A DNA stretch of 64,000 bases from assembly GCA_020353515.1 (NCBI GenBank), contig CP070695.1, positions 3,424,050 through 3,488,049 on the forward strand, in the 5' to 3' direction. Both the position numbers and the translations under genes were made by a program. The number at the start of each line of letters is the position of its first letter. Position 1 is the stretch's first letter. Positions 49,020 to 58,814 of the stretch are shown piece by piece. The stretch is from Candidatus Heimdallarchaeota archaeon. Its GTDB lineage: Archaea > Asgardarchaeota > Heimdallarchaeia > Hodarchaeales > Hodarchaeaceae. Below the pieces are notes generated by a model. The model searched no databases. It worked only from the letters and a program-made list of their open reading frames with translations, and was not told where the DNA came from.

Positions 49020-50429
49020 ATGGTTGATTCAATGAATTATGACGAGTTAAAACATATATTCCGAGCTTATGATATTAGAGGAGTCTTTAATAAGGAAATC
49101 ACCCCCCAAAATAACTTTCGGATTGGTTTAGCATTTGGTACTTTTTTGAAACTTGAACAGGGATTAAAAGATGAAATCGTTTTTATATCGTATGATATTC
49201 GACAGACCAGTTCTTTATTAGCACAAGCGTTTGCTGCAGGAGTTATGGTTACAGGTATCTCTATTGAATTTTCAGGAGAACCCTTACAATTTGGAGCGTG
49301 TATGTTTACAGCTTGGAAAAGGGAGGCCTTTGCCACAGCATTTATTACTGCGTCTCATTTACCCCCTGAGTGGAATGGGGTGAAATTTTACTATGGCAAT
49401 GGTGTTGGTTTCTCAGAACATGACAATCTAAAAATTCGTGATTATTTTGTTGAGGGAAAATTTTTATCCCCAAAGTGGGATAAAGTAGGACAAATGAGTG
49501 TTACGAATTTAAAAGAGGAATATAAAGAATTTTTAAAAACTAGATTCTCTTTAAAGCGAAAATTAAAAGTAGTTCTTGATTGTGGAAATGGAGCTTCGTG
49601 TCTTTCTGCCCCTATGATTCTCCGTGGTATTGGAATTGAAGTCATTCCTATATTCTGTAATGTAGATCCCAGTTTTCCTAATCGGAGCTCAGAACCCAAT
49701 GAAAAATCGATGAAAATTCTTGCAAAGAAGGTAAGGTCTGAAAGTGCTGATTTTGGAGTCGGTTTTGATGGAGATGGTGATCGTGCTGTTATTGTTGATG
49801 ATAGGGGACGGATCCTTCTAGCGGATATCACTGGCTTGATTTTAGCGAAATTTATGATCAAAGAATCACCTAAGCTAAACCGTATACTTGCCAATGTTGA
49901 ATGCTCATTAGCTTTAGAAAAAGTATTGTCTCCTCCTGCCATCATTGATCGTATTAAGGTTGGACATACGTTTCTAACGGCTGAGGCCCAGAAAAAAGCT
50001 GACACTTTAATTGGAATTGAATCAAGTGGCCATATGGTTTTTCCAAAAATCTATTTTTTTGATGATGCAATGATCATCCCCTTGAAACTCGCGGAAATTC
50101 TTTCAAACCAAGATCAAGCTTTATCAACACTTGTTGATGAGCTTCCAACCTTACATAAAAGAAAAATTGCTGTTTCTTGTCCCGATAAAGTAAAGTTCAA
50201 AGTTATTTCACAATTATTAAGTAATCTCAAATCAAATTATGATAACATAAATCCTATCGATGGTATTGGTATTCCCATTGGGAATGAATCTTGGGTATTA
50301 ATTCGTGCTAGTAATACAGGTCCTAAAATACGGATCACAGTTGAAGCTGAAACAGAGTCACAAGCTGATGACCTATTATCAGAATTTCAGGGTCATTTAG
50401 AAGCTACAATAAATGAATTTATCGTTTAA
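49020..50429 (+). CDS. phosphomannomutase/phosphoglucomutase
   Basis: FRAYDIRG, TASHLP, DGDGDR, ESSGH, RASNTGP; ATG 49020 avoids overlap with profilin. Confidence 0.93.
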   Translation: MVDSMNYDELKHIFRAYDIRGVFNKEITPQNNFRIGLAFGTFLKLEQGLKDEIVFISYDIRQTSSLLAQAFAAGVMVTGISIEFSGEPLQFGACMFTAWKREAFATAFITASHLPPEWNGVKFYYGNGVGFSEHDNLKIRDYFVEGKFLSPKWDKVGQMSVTNLKEEYKEFLKTRFSLKRKLKVVLDCGNGASCLSAPMILRGIGIEVIPIFCNVDPSFPNRSSEPNEKSMKILAKKVRSESADFGVGFDGDGDRAVIVDDRGRILLADITGLILAKFMIKESPKLNRILANVECSLALEKVLSPPAIIDRIKVGHTFLTAEAQKKADTLIGIESSGHMVFPKIYFFDDAMIIPLKLAEILSNQDQALSTLVDELPTLHKRKIAVSCPDKVKFKVISQLLSNLKSNYDNINPIDGIGIPIGNESWVLIRASNTGPKIRITVEAETESQADDLLSEFQGHLEATINEFIV

Positions 50430-50543
50430 TCAGACAATTGGAAATTGTAAATTTTAAAAATATTATCCTACAAATTGTCTATCTGGAGAAAAACTCTCTC
50501 TTTAGTAAACAAAAGAAAATCAATAAATCAGGAAAGTCATATT

Positions 50544-51242
50544 ATGGCAAAAATAATTGGGATGATCGGTGGAACTGGCCCACAAGGCCAGGGTTTGGCA
50601 TTAAGATGGGGGATGGCGGGAGAATCGGTAATCATGGGATCAAGGCAACAGGAAAAGGCTGATAGAATTTCAGCTGAAGTGAATGAAAAATTAGGAAAAG
50701 ATTTAGTTATTCCCCGAACAAATGAAGCTTGTGTCAAAGAATCAGATATTATTTTGTGTACGACTCCCTTTGACTATATCGTAAAAACTATAACTCCTTT
50801 TATTAAATATTTCACTGCGGATCACATTATTGTGGATGTGACTGTACCTCTGAAACCTTTTGAGAAAGGAAAAATGGTTGATGTTCTACCAGAATTACAG
50901 GATAGTGCAAAAAGTGCAACAGAATTACTACGAAAGGTGATTCCTAGGGAGGTTCCTCTTGTTGGAGCATTTAAAACCTTATCAAACGCAACTTTGCAAG
51001 ATGTTGATCGCTTACCGGTTCTTAACCAAGATGTATTCATTTTTGGCCGTGATAAAGTAGCAAAACACATCATAAAAGAAAAAGCTGCACTAATTAAGAA
51101 TTTAAGACCCGTAGACTCTGGTGGAACACTATCTGCAAGACATGTTGAACGTTTCACCGCTTTCTTAATTGGGCTTAATCGTAGGTACAAAACCCATGAT
51201 TGTGGTTTTAATGTAACAGGTCTTACAGAGCGAGACTGGTAA
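50544..51242 (+). CDS. fno: F420-dependent NADP oxidoreductase
   Basis: IGGTGPQGQGLALRW, GSR, VDVTVPL, VGAF, LIGLNRRY. Confidence 0.88.
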   Translation: MAKIIGMIGGTGPQGQGLALRWGMAGESVIMGSRQQEKADRISAEVNEKLGKDLVIPRTNEACVKESDIILCTTPFDYIVKTITPFIKYFTADHIIVDVTVPLKPFEKGKMVDVLPELQDSAKSATELLRKVIPREVPLVGAFKTLSNATLQDVDRLPVLNQDVFIFGRDKVAKHIIKEKAALIKNLRPVDSGGTLSARHVERFTAFLIGLNRRYKTHDCGFNVTGLTERDW

Positions 51243-51248
51243 TCATCT

Positions 51249-52904
51249 TTAATTGAACGAATTGTTGATTAATTCTCGTTCTTGATTATTAATTTCATAA
51301 ATTTTGAAGATTTCTAGATTTAAATTATCTAAGCACTTCAATTGGTTGGAACTCGCTTCTTGGATACTCCAAGGCATGTTATGAAGATCTTGTACTTTAT
51401 TTAGTATCTTCGTTTCATGTGATGGTATTTTAATTGGTAAATCTTTCAAAAATTTGATAGGAATCTTTGGAAAGATTGATTTTACAGAGGTGAAACGCTG
51501 CATAAGGTAAAAAGACATTAATTTTGAATTCAATAATGCCTCAAGATAAATTAATTCAGATGGTGGTCTATTAGGTTTTAAAATAATTATGTAGACATCA
51601 CAAACACAAAAATGTTGATTAGGGTCATAGACAGCAATTAATTCATGACCTATTCGTCGAAGCATAAGTTTTGGTTGTAGATATTGGTTGATGTCTTTGA
51701 AAATAGCTTTATTATTTTTGTCAAATCTAATATAGCGAATATTTTTATCCAAACGAAATTTTCTAATAGTTCGCCCCGCTACTAAAGGTACGTACTCTGA
51801 ATTTAGCATATTATCGCTTGTAAGTGGGGATGTGAATCCTAATTCAATACCTCGTGAGATACGAACAATTTTTCCTAAAGGAATAGAATTTTTTTGTATC
51901 TTTTCTAAAATTATCTGAATTCTGTTGTCAGGCGTTGGTAATAATAACTCATATGGATTATCCCGAATCGATTTCTGAATGACTACATTGCCCACTAGAG
52001 GATTATATGGAGAATCTAAGGTATTTTTAATTAGCTCAAATTGAATATTGTTATTATCACGTTCATTTTTATGAGTTCTTCGTTGTAAAACGATAATACA
52101 TGTTTCCACATGAAATCCAGGGAATATTTGACCATCAAAATTGACTATCTTAAGGATTTTTACATTTTGCAATAGAAATTGTCTAATATTTCGATAATGA
52201 TAATTCGTTAGTAGGTTATTAGGGATAATCATCCCTAATAATCCCTTATCCCGCAATAAGCTAATTGATCGCTCAAGAAAAAGAATATAACTTTCAAGCT
52301 CTGGATCAAACGCTTGGTACAGTTTACGGAAAAGAATTTTTTCATTATGTGAGAAGTTAACACCGTAAGGAGGATTACCAAGAATAATATCAAAACCATT
52401 ATTTGAAATTACTTCTGGCCACTCTAAAAACCAATGGAAAGCATGTTTAATTCTTTGAAAATTAATTTCCTTAATGTTATGGGTTGAAATAAAAACACTA
52501 TTGAGCTTATCCAAAGTCCAAGATCTATTCCAACCTTTTGGTGAGGAAAGGAATCCTAATAAAGCATTACCAACCTTAAGAGACAAATCTGAAGGTTTTT
52601 TATCTTTTCTTTCATCAAAATTATTGCAAGCTGATTCAATAGAATCAGGATTGATATCTAGGCCATAACAGCACAAAATTTCCTTCAAATCATCTTTATT
52701 AGAACACTTATGGTAGTTTCTGGAGAAATCGATTAAAAACCGTCCGTCTCCAACCGCTGGATCCAGAATATTTAATTTACCTTTGGCTTGTACTGATTCT
52801 CGAAATTCTATCCAATAGTCAAGAAGTACTTGGACAATGTATGAGATAATCGGAGGTGGTGTTGGAACAGCTCCTAATTTACTTATTGAATCTGTAGTTG
52901 CCAT
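51249..52904 (-). CDS. TaqI/Eco57I-like N6-adenine DNA methyltransferase
   Basis: GAVPTP, LDPAVGDGRF, GNAL, FHWFLEWP, GFDIILGNPPY, LLNSKL. Confidence 0.85.
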   Translation of the reverse strand: MATTDSISKLGAVPTPPPIISYIVQVLLDYWIEFRESVQAKGKLNILDPAVGDGRFLIDFSRNYHKCSNKDDLKEILCCYGLDINPDSIESACNNFDERKDKKPSDLSLKVGNALLGFLSSPKGWNRSWTLDKLNSVFISTHNIKEINFQRIKHAFHWFLEWPEVISNNGFDIILGNPPYGVNFSHNEKILFRKLYQAFDPELESYILFLERSISLLRDKGLLGMIIPNNLLTNYHYRNIRQFLLQNVKILKIVNFDGQIFPGFHVETCIIVLQRRTHKNERDNNNIQFELIKNTLDSPYNPLVGNVVIQKSIRDNPYELLLPTPDNRIQIILEKIQKNSIPLGKIVRISRGIELGFTSPLTSDNMLNSEYVPLVAGRTIRKFRLDKNIRYIRFDKNNKAIFKDINQYLQPKLMLRRIGHELIAVYDPNQHFCVCDVYIIILKPNRPPSELIYLEALLNSKLMSFYLMQRFTSVKSIFPKIPIKFLKDLPIKIPSHETKILNKVQDLHNMPWSIQEASSNQLKCLDNLNLEIFKIYEINNQERELINNSFN

Positions 52905-53113
52905 ATCTATTCTCCGAAGGATGTTATATCGAATTTTTTTGCAGTTTTTAGTAATTTGAAAACTAAGCTATTTCAGAATCACTTCTAGGGTCAACTTTAA
53001 AAATTTATTAAGATCCTCATAGAATCCTATTGTTTTTTGTTTTTAGTCAGAAATCATAAAAAAATGATAATGATTGATCACAAATAGGATGAAAGGTTTT
53101 ATAAATTCTTAAT

Positions 53114-54496
53114 GTGAGTAAGATGAAGTTTGAAGAGTTCAGTCTTGCAGAAGCACCAAAAATTAAGGGTGATCTTCCAGGTATTAAGTCTAAAATGATC
53201 CTTAAGCGGCAAAGGGAGATTGAAGGAAGTGCACTCTCTTATCCGCTCGGATTGCCAATTGTTATGGAAGAGGGAAGAGGTGCAACAGTGAAAGATGTTG
53301 ATGGTAATGTATTTATTGATTTTTTTGCCGGAGCAGGGGTTTTAGCACTCGGTCACTGTAATCCTATTATCCTAGAAGCAGTGAAAAAACAACAAAACAA
53401 GATTACACATACCCTAGATTTTCCAACTGAAATTAGACTTGAATTGATCGAAAATTTAAGAAAAATTATGCCTGGTACCCTGAAAGACAGTGTAAAAGTT
53501 CAATTTGGGGGCCCAACGGGATCTGATGCTGTAGAAAGCGCTATTAAACTGGCTAAATACAATACAGGTCGTCATGCTTTGATCGCGTTTGAGGGTGGTT
53601 ATCATGGAATGACTGCCACTGCATGTTCCCTAACTTCTGGAAAATTCTGGAAGGAGAAATACCTTCCTATGATTTCAGAAGTTCATTTTATCCCTTATGC
53701 CTATTGTTATCGTTGTTCTCTTGGTAAAACTAGGGAGAACTGTGAATTTGAATGTGCAGCATTTTATGAACATGTACTCGAAGATCCACATTCTGGTGTA
53801 GTTCAACCAGCAGCAGCAATTATTGAACCTATTCAAGGGGAAGGGGGATCCATTGTACCTCCAGACGAATATATTAAGAGAATAAGTGAAATTAGCAGAT
53901 CTTATAATGTTCCAATAATATTTGATGAAATTCAAGCTGGTTTCTGCAGAACGGGAGAGATTTTCTCTTTTCAACATGCAAAAGCATCTCCAGATATTAT
54001 AACATTGTCTAAAGCTTTGGGTGGCGGATTTCCTCTCTCAGCCATTGCTTATAGAGAAGATCTCGATGTGTGGGGAAAAGCAGCTCATATAGGAACTTTT
54101 CGAGGGAATGTAACGGCAATGGCTGCTGGGGTGGCTTCCATACAATTTTTTATTGAACATAATATCAATAATCATGTAAATGAAGTTGGATCTTACATAC
54201 TTAATGAATTAAAAACATTAGAGATTAGCTCTAATATTGTTGGAGATGTACGAGGCAAAGGACTTATGCTTGGTGTGGAATTTGTTGAAAATAAAGAAAC
54301 AAAAAAGCCTGCAACAGAGATAGCAGCTAGAGTGAGAGAAGAAAGCTTTATTCGAGGTATACTACTAGAAATTGGAGGCCATTACAATAATGTGGCGAGA
54401 TTCTTACCCCCCTTAATCATAACCAAAGAATTAGCAGGAATTGGAGTACAAATTTTTGAAGAAGCAGTAAATAAGGTCGAGAAAGACATCCACTAA
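53114..54496 (+). CDS. class III PLP aminotransferase (diaminobutyrate/4-aminobutyrate transaminase-like)
   Basis: DFFAGAGVLALGH, PTGSDAVE, EPIQGEGG, DEIQAG, SKALGG, HIGTFRGN. Confidence 0.88.
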   Translation: MSKMKFEEFSLAEAPKIKGDLPGIKSKMILKRQREIEGSALSYPLGLPIVMEEGRGATVKDVDGNVFIDFFAGAGVLALGHCNPIILEAVKKQQNKITHTLDFPTEIRLELIENLRKIMPGTLKDSVKVQFGGPTGSDAVESAIKLAKYNTGRHALIAFEGGYHGMTATACSLTSGKFWKEKYLPMISEVHFIPYAYCYRCSLGKTRENCEFECAAFYEHVLEDPHSGVVQPAAAIIEPIQGEGGSIVPPDEYIKRISEISRSYNVPIIFDEIQAGFCRTGEIFSFQHAKASPDIITLSKALGGGFPLSAIAYREDLDVWGKAAHIGTFRGNVTAMAAGVASIQFFIEHNINNHVNEVGSYILNELKTLEISSNIVGDVRGKGLMLGVEFVENKETKKPATEIAARVREESFIRGILLEIGGHYNNVARFLPPLIITKELAGIGVQIFEEAVNKVEKDIH

Positions 54497-55686
54497 CTTT
54501 CTCCCCAAAGTTTAATGAATTGTGAATAGAATTCCATGGCTTTCACTAGGTGTTCAGTAGGAACCTGATCCTCTGTAGTGTGAGCAAATTTATCATCTCC
54601 AGGTCCAAACCCAATAGTAGGAATATTAAAAATTCCTTTGGTAGCTACTCCATTCGTTGAAAAACGCCAGTAATATAACTCAGGACTGCTATCAAATTGC
54701 ACTTCAAAAGTTTTAATTGCGATTTGAACTAAAGGATGGGATTCTTCCATATACCATGAAGGATAGTACGCTTTTACAGGATAGATAATTCCATCCTTGC
54801 TTTGATATTTGTGTTCTGGGACATATACATCTGCCTTAGATCTTCTTACAGAATCTAAAGATTTAATTTCATTGAGAACACTCTCTTCTGAATCTTCAGA
54901 TGTTAATCTTCTATCTATATGAATTGTTGAGCTATCAGCAGTGGCATTAATGGAAGGGGAAGTTGAGCAAATATCAGTAACAGATACATTTCCTTTACCA
55001 AAAATTGGATCAACTTTGAGCCCAGAGTCCATTTTTTCAATGTCCAAAATTATTGGGGCTATCTTATAAATAGCGTTATTTCCGAGTTCTGGAGCTGCAC
55101 CATGGCTTGAAATACCAGTTGCATGGATTTTCACATCGGCTCTACCCCGGTGACCAATAGCAACGTTTAAATTAGAAGGTTCACTGAGAATAACAGCATC
55201 TGGTATCAGTTTGTCTTCTTTAATAATATATTGCCAGTTTAATCCTTCATAAATTTCCTCTTGAACAGAAGCAACAATATAGAGTGTAATATCCTCTGGA
55301 ATTCCAGTTTCTTTTATTATATTTCCAGTGTAGATAACCGAGGCAAGTCCACCTTTTTGATCACATGCCCCTCGTCCGAATATAATGCCATCTTCGAATT
55401 TTCCTTTGAAAGGATTATATTCCCAGCTTTGAGGATCTCCAACTTCGACTGTATCTACATGTCCATCAATGGCTAGGATTTTTTCTCCTGATCCTATTTT
55501 TCCCAGTAAATTACCCATACCATCAACTTGAATATCATCATAGCCAATTTTTTCCATTTCTTTTTTTATTCGTGTAATAACTTTGACTTCATTTCCTGTT
55601 GTAGAAGGGATAGCAATCAATTCCCTGGTAAAGTCTGTAACTGTCTGTTTAAGGGATTTAGCTGCGTTTTTTATCTTAGTCTTCAT
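54493..55686 (-). CDS. ygeY: YgeY-family M20 hydrolase
   Basis: DGHVDTV, GRGACDQKGG, VQEE, GHRGR, WRFSTNGV, GFGPG..AH. Confidence 0.8.
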   Translation of the reverse strand: MKTKIKNAAKSLKQTVTDFTRELIAIPSTTGNEVKVITRIKKEMEKIGYDDIQVDGMGNLLGKIGSGEKILAIDGHVDTVEVGDPQSWEYNPFKGKFEDGIIFGRGACDQKGGLASVIYTGNIIKETGIPEDITLYIVASVQEEIYEGLNWQYIIKEDKLIPDAVILSEPSNLNVAIGHRGRADVKIHATGISSHGAAPELGNNAIYKIAPIILDIEKMDSGLKVDPIFGKGNVSVTDICSTSPSINATADSSTIHIDRRLTSEDSEESVLNEIKSLDSVRRSKADVYVPEHKYQSKDGIIYPVKAYYPSWYMEESHPLVQIAIKTFEVQFDSSPELYYWRFSTNGVATKGIFNIPTIGFGPGDDKFAHTTEDQVPTEHLVKAMEFYSQFIKLWGES

Positions 55687-56095
55687 GATTATTACCTAGA
55701 TAATCCATTCTTCATTAACCTGTTCACATTTCATATTTGTAGAAGTTACACATGCTTTTTTATTGATCGACTTGATAACTTATCCTTTGTACTCTCATGT
55801 ATAATACTATGAATTCTTCTATTAATAGGGAATAGTGCAAGTGACTTTAGATCTACCTATTAAATCCAATAACTATTTATAGCTGATTTAGGTAAAAATA
55901 CCTAGCATAGCCTAGTACTTAGATATTAAGTAAAAATCATATAACAATAGATTAAGATGAACATGAAGAATTATTAGTATAAGATTGAGTATTATCTGTA
56001 TAGAAATACGGGTAATATATCATTAAAGGTATATCAATTCTATAATCTATAAGATAACCCAACTGAAAGGGATTTAATGAATCGAGGTCGAAAAA

Positions 56096-57196
56096 TTGCA
56101 GAATGATGTAATTTTCTCGGTATTTGACCGCAAAAAAGGCCCAGTTATTTTATATTCTTCGTTAGATTCTCCAGACAGCTCGAAGAGGGTCGCTGTGAGA
56201 TCTTTTATAGCTATTGGCGCAATGGAGGAGCAAGCAGATCTAAGCGGTAAACATGCTGTAGTACCTCTACCAGCTCTTAATAAAATAGCATTTTATTACA
56301 TGTTCAAAGTAGATCGGAAAGAAAAGAGTGATGAATCACCTCTATGGGCTACAATCGGATATATGAATGAGAGTACTGAATCGATTGATTTTTATCGCAC
56401 TCTACCAATTATACAAGAAAATATCCAAAAAATTGTTGAATTAATTCAGCTAAACTTTTCGTACTCTGATCAAGACAATACGTTGAATAGAGTAATCATT
56501 GAATCCATTTCATCTCTCCAGACCCTTCAAGAAGAAACAGTAAAACCTACTCCTATCTATGAACCACCTGGAACTGTGCCACAAGAATCAGTTACAGGAA
56601 TTACTTTTGAGGATTTCAAAGTTGGCGATCTTTCCTTTCTTTTTGAGTACTTTCCTGAAGATCTTGACAAAGTGATTTATGCGCTTCTGCTAGAAGAACC
56701 CGTATTAATTATTGGTGATATTAGAGATATAGTCCAGAAGGTCGTTGCGTCTCTTGAATATCTTGTTCCTCATAGGTTACTTACAAAGAAGTATCTGACT
56801 AATTACATTGATCCTAAAGGTAGTGACATACTGATCTGTTCCTCTCATGTTAATTTCTTGAAAAAATACAAAAATTTCGTAAATGTTAATGTCGATAAAC
56901 GTAAGGTAGATTCAAAAATAAAAGGAGTTCCTTCGATTAACGATCTAATTAATACTCTTCAAATTGCCCCTAAAGAAACACAGACTACTCTGATCAAAAC
57001 TTATGTTGACAAGCTCCTTGCTAAAGCAGCTGAACTTATGGAGCTCTGTGAACCGGAGCAAATAAGTAAAGAGGAGATTCGTAGTTTTCGAGGTGACTTA
57101 AAGGGCGATGAACTAAATGTTGTTATTGCTTTAGTGCGAAAATATGCTCCGCAATTTGAAGATAAACTGTTCTATTTTGCTAGATCGTTAATATGA
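56096..57196 (+). CDS. DENN-domain-like protein (uDENN longin plus cDENN), putative small-GTPase GEF
   Basis: FSVFDRKKGP uDENN start; LFEYF..DLDKVIYALLLEEPVLIIG..VVASLEYLVP cDENN core. Confidence 0.7.
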   Translation: MQNDVIFSVFDRKKGPVILYSSLDSPDSSKRVAVRSFIAIGAMEEQADLSGKHAVVPLPALNKIAFYYMFKVDRKEKSDESPLWATIGYMNESTESIDFYRTLPIIQENIQKIVELIQLNFSYSDQDNTLNRVIIESISSLQTLQEETVKPTPIYEPPGTVPQESVTGITFEDFKVGDLSFLFEYFPEDLDKVIYALLLEEPVLIIGDIRDIVQKVVASLEYLVPHRLLTKKYLTNYIDPKGSDILICSSHVNFLKKYKNFVNVNVDKRKVDSKIKGVPSINDLINTLQIAPKETQTTLIKTYVDKLLAKAAELMELCEPEQISKEEIRSFRGDLKGDELNVVIALVRKYAPQFEDKLFYFARSLI

Positions 57197-57455
57197 TTTA
57201 TTTCCTAATAATGATTGATAGAATTGCGAATTTCCTATGATTATATTGTTATTTGTCTTGAATTTCTATTCAGTTATCTGTTTATCATTTTTTAGGACTC
57301 CAAGCTAATTGAAGTAATGTTTATTATTATAGGAGAAGGAAAATTACATCCTACTGGGCTTTTCTTGGAGATATCGTACAATATATAAAATTACATATAA
57401 AGATCAAATTAATTATAAAGAGGAATAATGAAATTAATCAAAGGTTGATTATTAG

Positions 57456-58286
57456 ATGGTAACACCTATTGATGTAATAACTGCTTATATTATCTATTTT
57501 CTCCCAACCATAACGCTTTCATTATTGACAGTATTAATTGGGCTTATTGTTTATTATTTTGGTAAAAAGAGAAACCTTTGGTTAATGGAAAATACGTTTT
57601 CTTCAATTTCTCATGGAAGCGGAAAAAGGATAACCGAGTTAAAATTAGTAGAAGAAAGTACTATGGGAAGAACTTATCTTGCAGAGGTTAAGCCTGACCT
57701 TTCAGTTACAAATTTTCGTATACATTTTACAATGGTTCACCGTCATTTAATCCTTAGTAAGATTGCATCAATTATACGAAAAAGACGTGATTACATCCTT
57801 CTTGAAGCTGATCCAAGTGATAAAGTAGTTAATCGTTACCAGCTTGAGATTCTTCCCCGGAGGGAACATAATAGGATTAAAAAGCTAGTAGACATGCTTG
57901 GTAAATTACAAACCTTAGAAATTAGAAATCCTAGGTTTGAAGAATCTTTCATAGCAAGAGTGAATGATTCTGATTTTTTTGAAGCTATCTTTCAGAAAAA
58001 TAAAAGACTCATTCAAATTCTTTTTAATCAAAGAAATCACATTGTAAGAGTCTCTCTTTATCCTTTGGAATCACCATCTATTCGGGTAGTAGCTGAATTA
58101 AATGAGCAGGTTAACCCTAAGCTACTGATTGACGTTATATTCTTTTCAGCAGCTGCAATCACTTCTGTTGCAAAAAAAGGATTTTTTGCTAAACAAAAAG
58201 CTGGTCTGCGCGTTGTACCAGATAAAACATTGGAAAAAGACAAAGAACGATTTGCAAAACCATATGAAAAGAGAATACTAAAGTAA
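57456..58286 (+). CDS. CCDC47/DUF1682 (PAT complex)-like membrane protein
   Basis: N-terminal TM then [26 protein letters not shown] and colinear downstream blocks resembling CCDC47; basic C-terminal tail. Confidence 0.55.
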   Translation: [276 protein letters not shown]

Positions 58287-58301
58287 GCTACCAGCTAATA
58301 G

Positions 58302-58811
58302 TTAATTCTTTGTTGCTAAAATTTTCTGTTCAATTTGGTTTCTAAGATCAAAGACATCAATTTCTTTAGAAGAGAAACGATATATTGGTAAATCAACATA
58401 GTCTCCCTCTAAATCCTCTTCATATAATTTTATCATGAATCCTTTGGCTCCATAATGCGAATATGAAACTGAAAGTGATACAACAGAAAAATCAGACCAA
58501 GAATATTCGAAAGAACGCTTACCAACTGTTAAAACAAAACCATCTGGTTTAAGAACTAGGGTCCTCTTTACATAACGAGTGAAATATAGATAACTCATCA
58601 TAGCTGCTCCAATGATTAGAACTATTATTGACCCGAGATCTATAGCGATGAAAATTTCTCCAGTGTACCGAGCGAGAATTACCCTAATTACTAGAAATCC
58701 AAGTGTTTCTATAGTTAAAATGACAGCAAAGGTGAATATTACTGAGAAGCCAATCTTGCTTCGAAAAATGGTCTCTTCTTCATCTATTAACTCCTGTTTT
58801 AGCTGAGAAAT
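58302..58811 (-). CDS. two-TM membrane protein with bacterial-PH-like C-terminus; probable ATT start
   Basis: Frame is open 70 codons upstream of ATG 58601 and adds two TMs; GAGGT 7 nt before ATT at 58811; EYSWSDF motif. Confidence 0.6.
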   Translation of the reverse strand: MSQLKQELIDEEETIFRSKIGFSVIFTFAVILTIETLGFLVIRVILARYTGEIFIAIDLGSIIVLIIGAAMMSYLYFTRYVKRTLVLKPDGFVLTVGKRSFEYSWSDFSVVSLSVSYSHYGAKGFMIKLYEEDLEGDYVDLPIYRFSSKEIDVFDLRNQIEQKILATKN

Positions 58812-58814
58812 TTT

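Noticed and set aside
55690-55800. Minus-strand fragment KACVTSTNMKCEQVNEEWII upstream of ygeY as a carbamate kinase remnant
   Set aside because: Similarity is too weak and short to support
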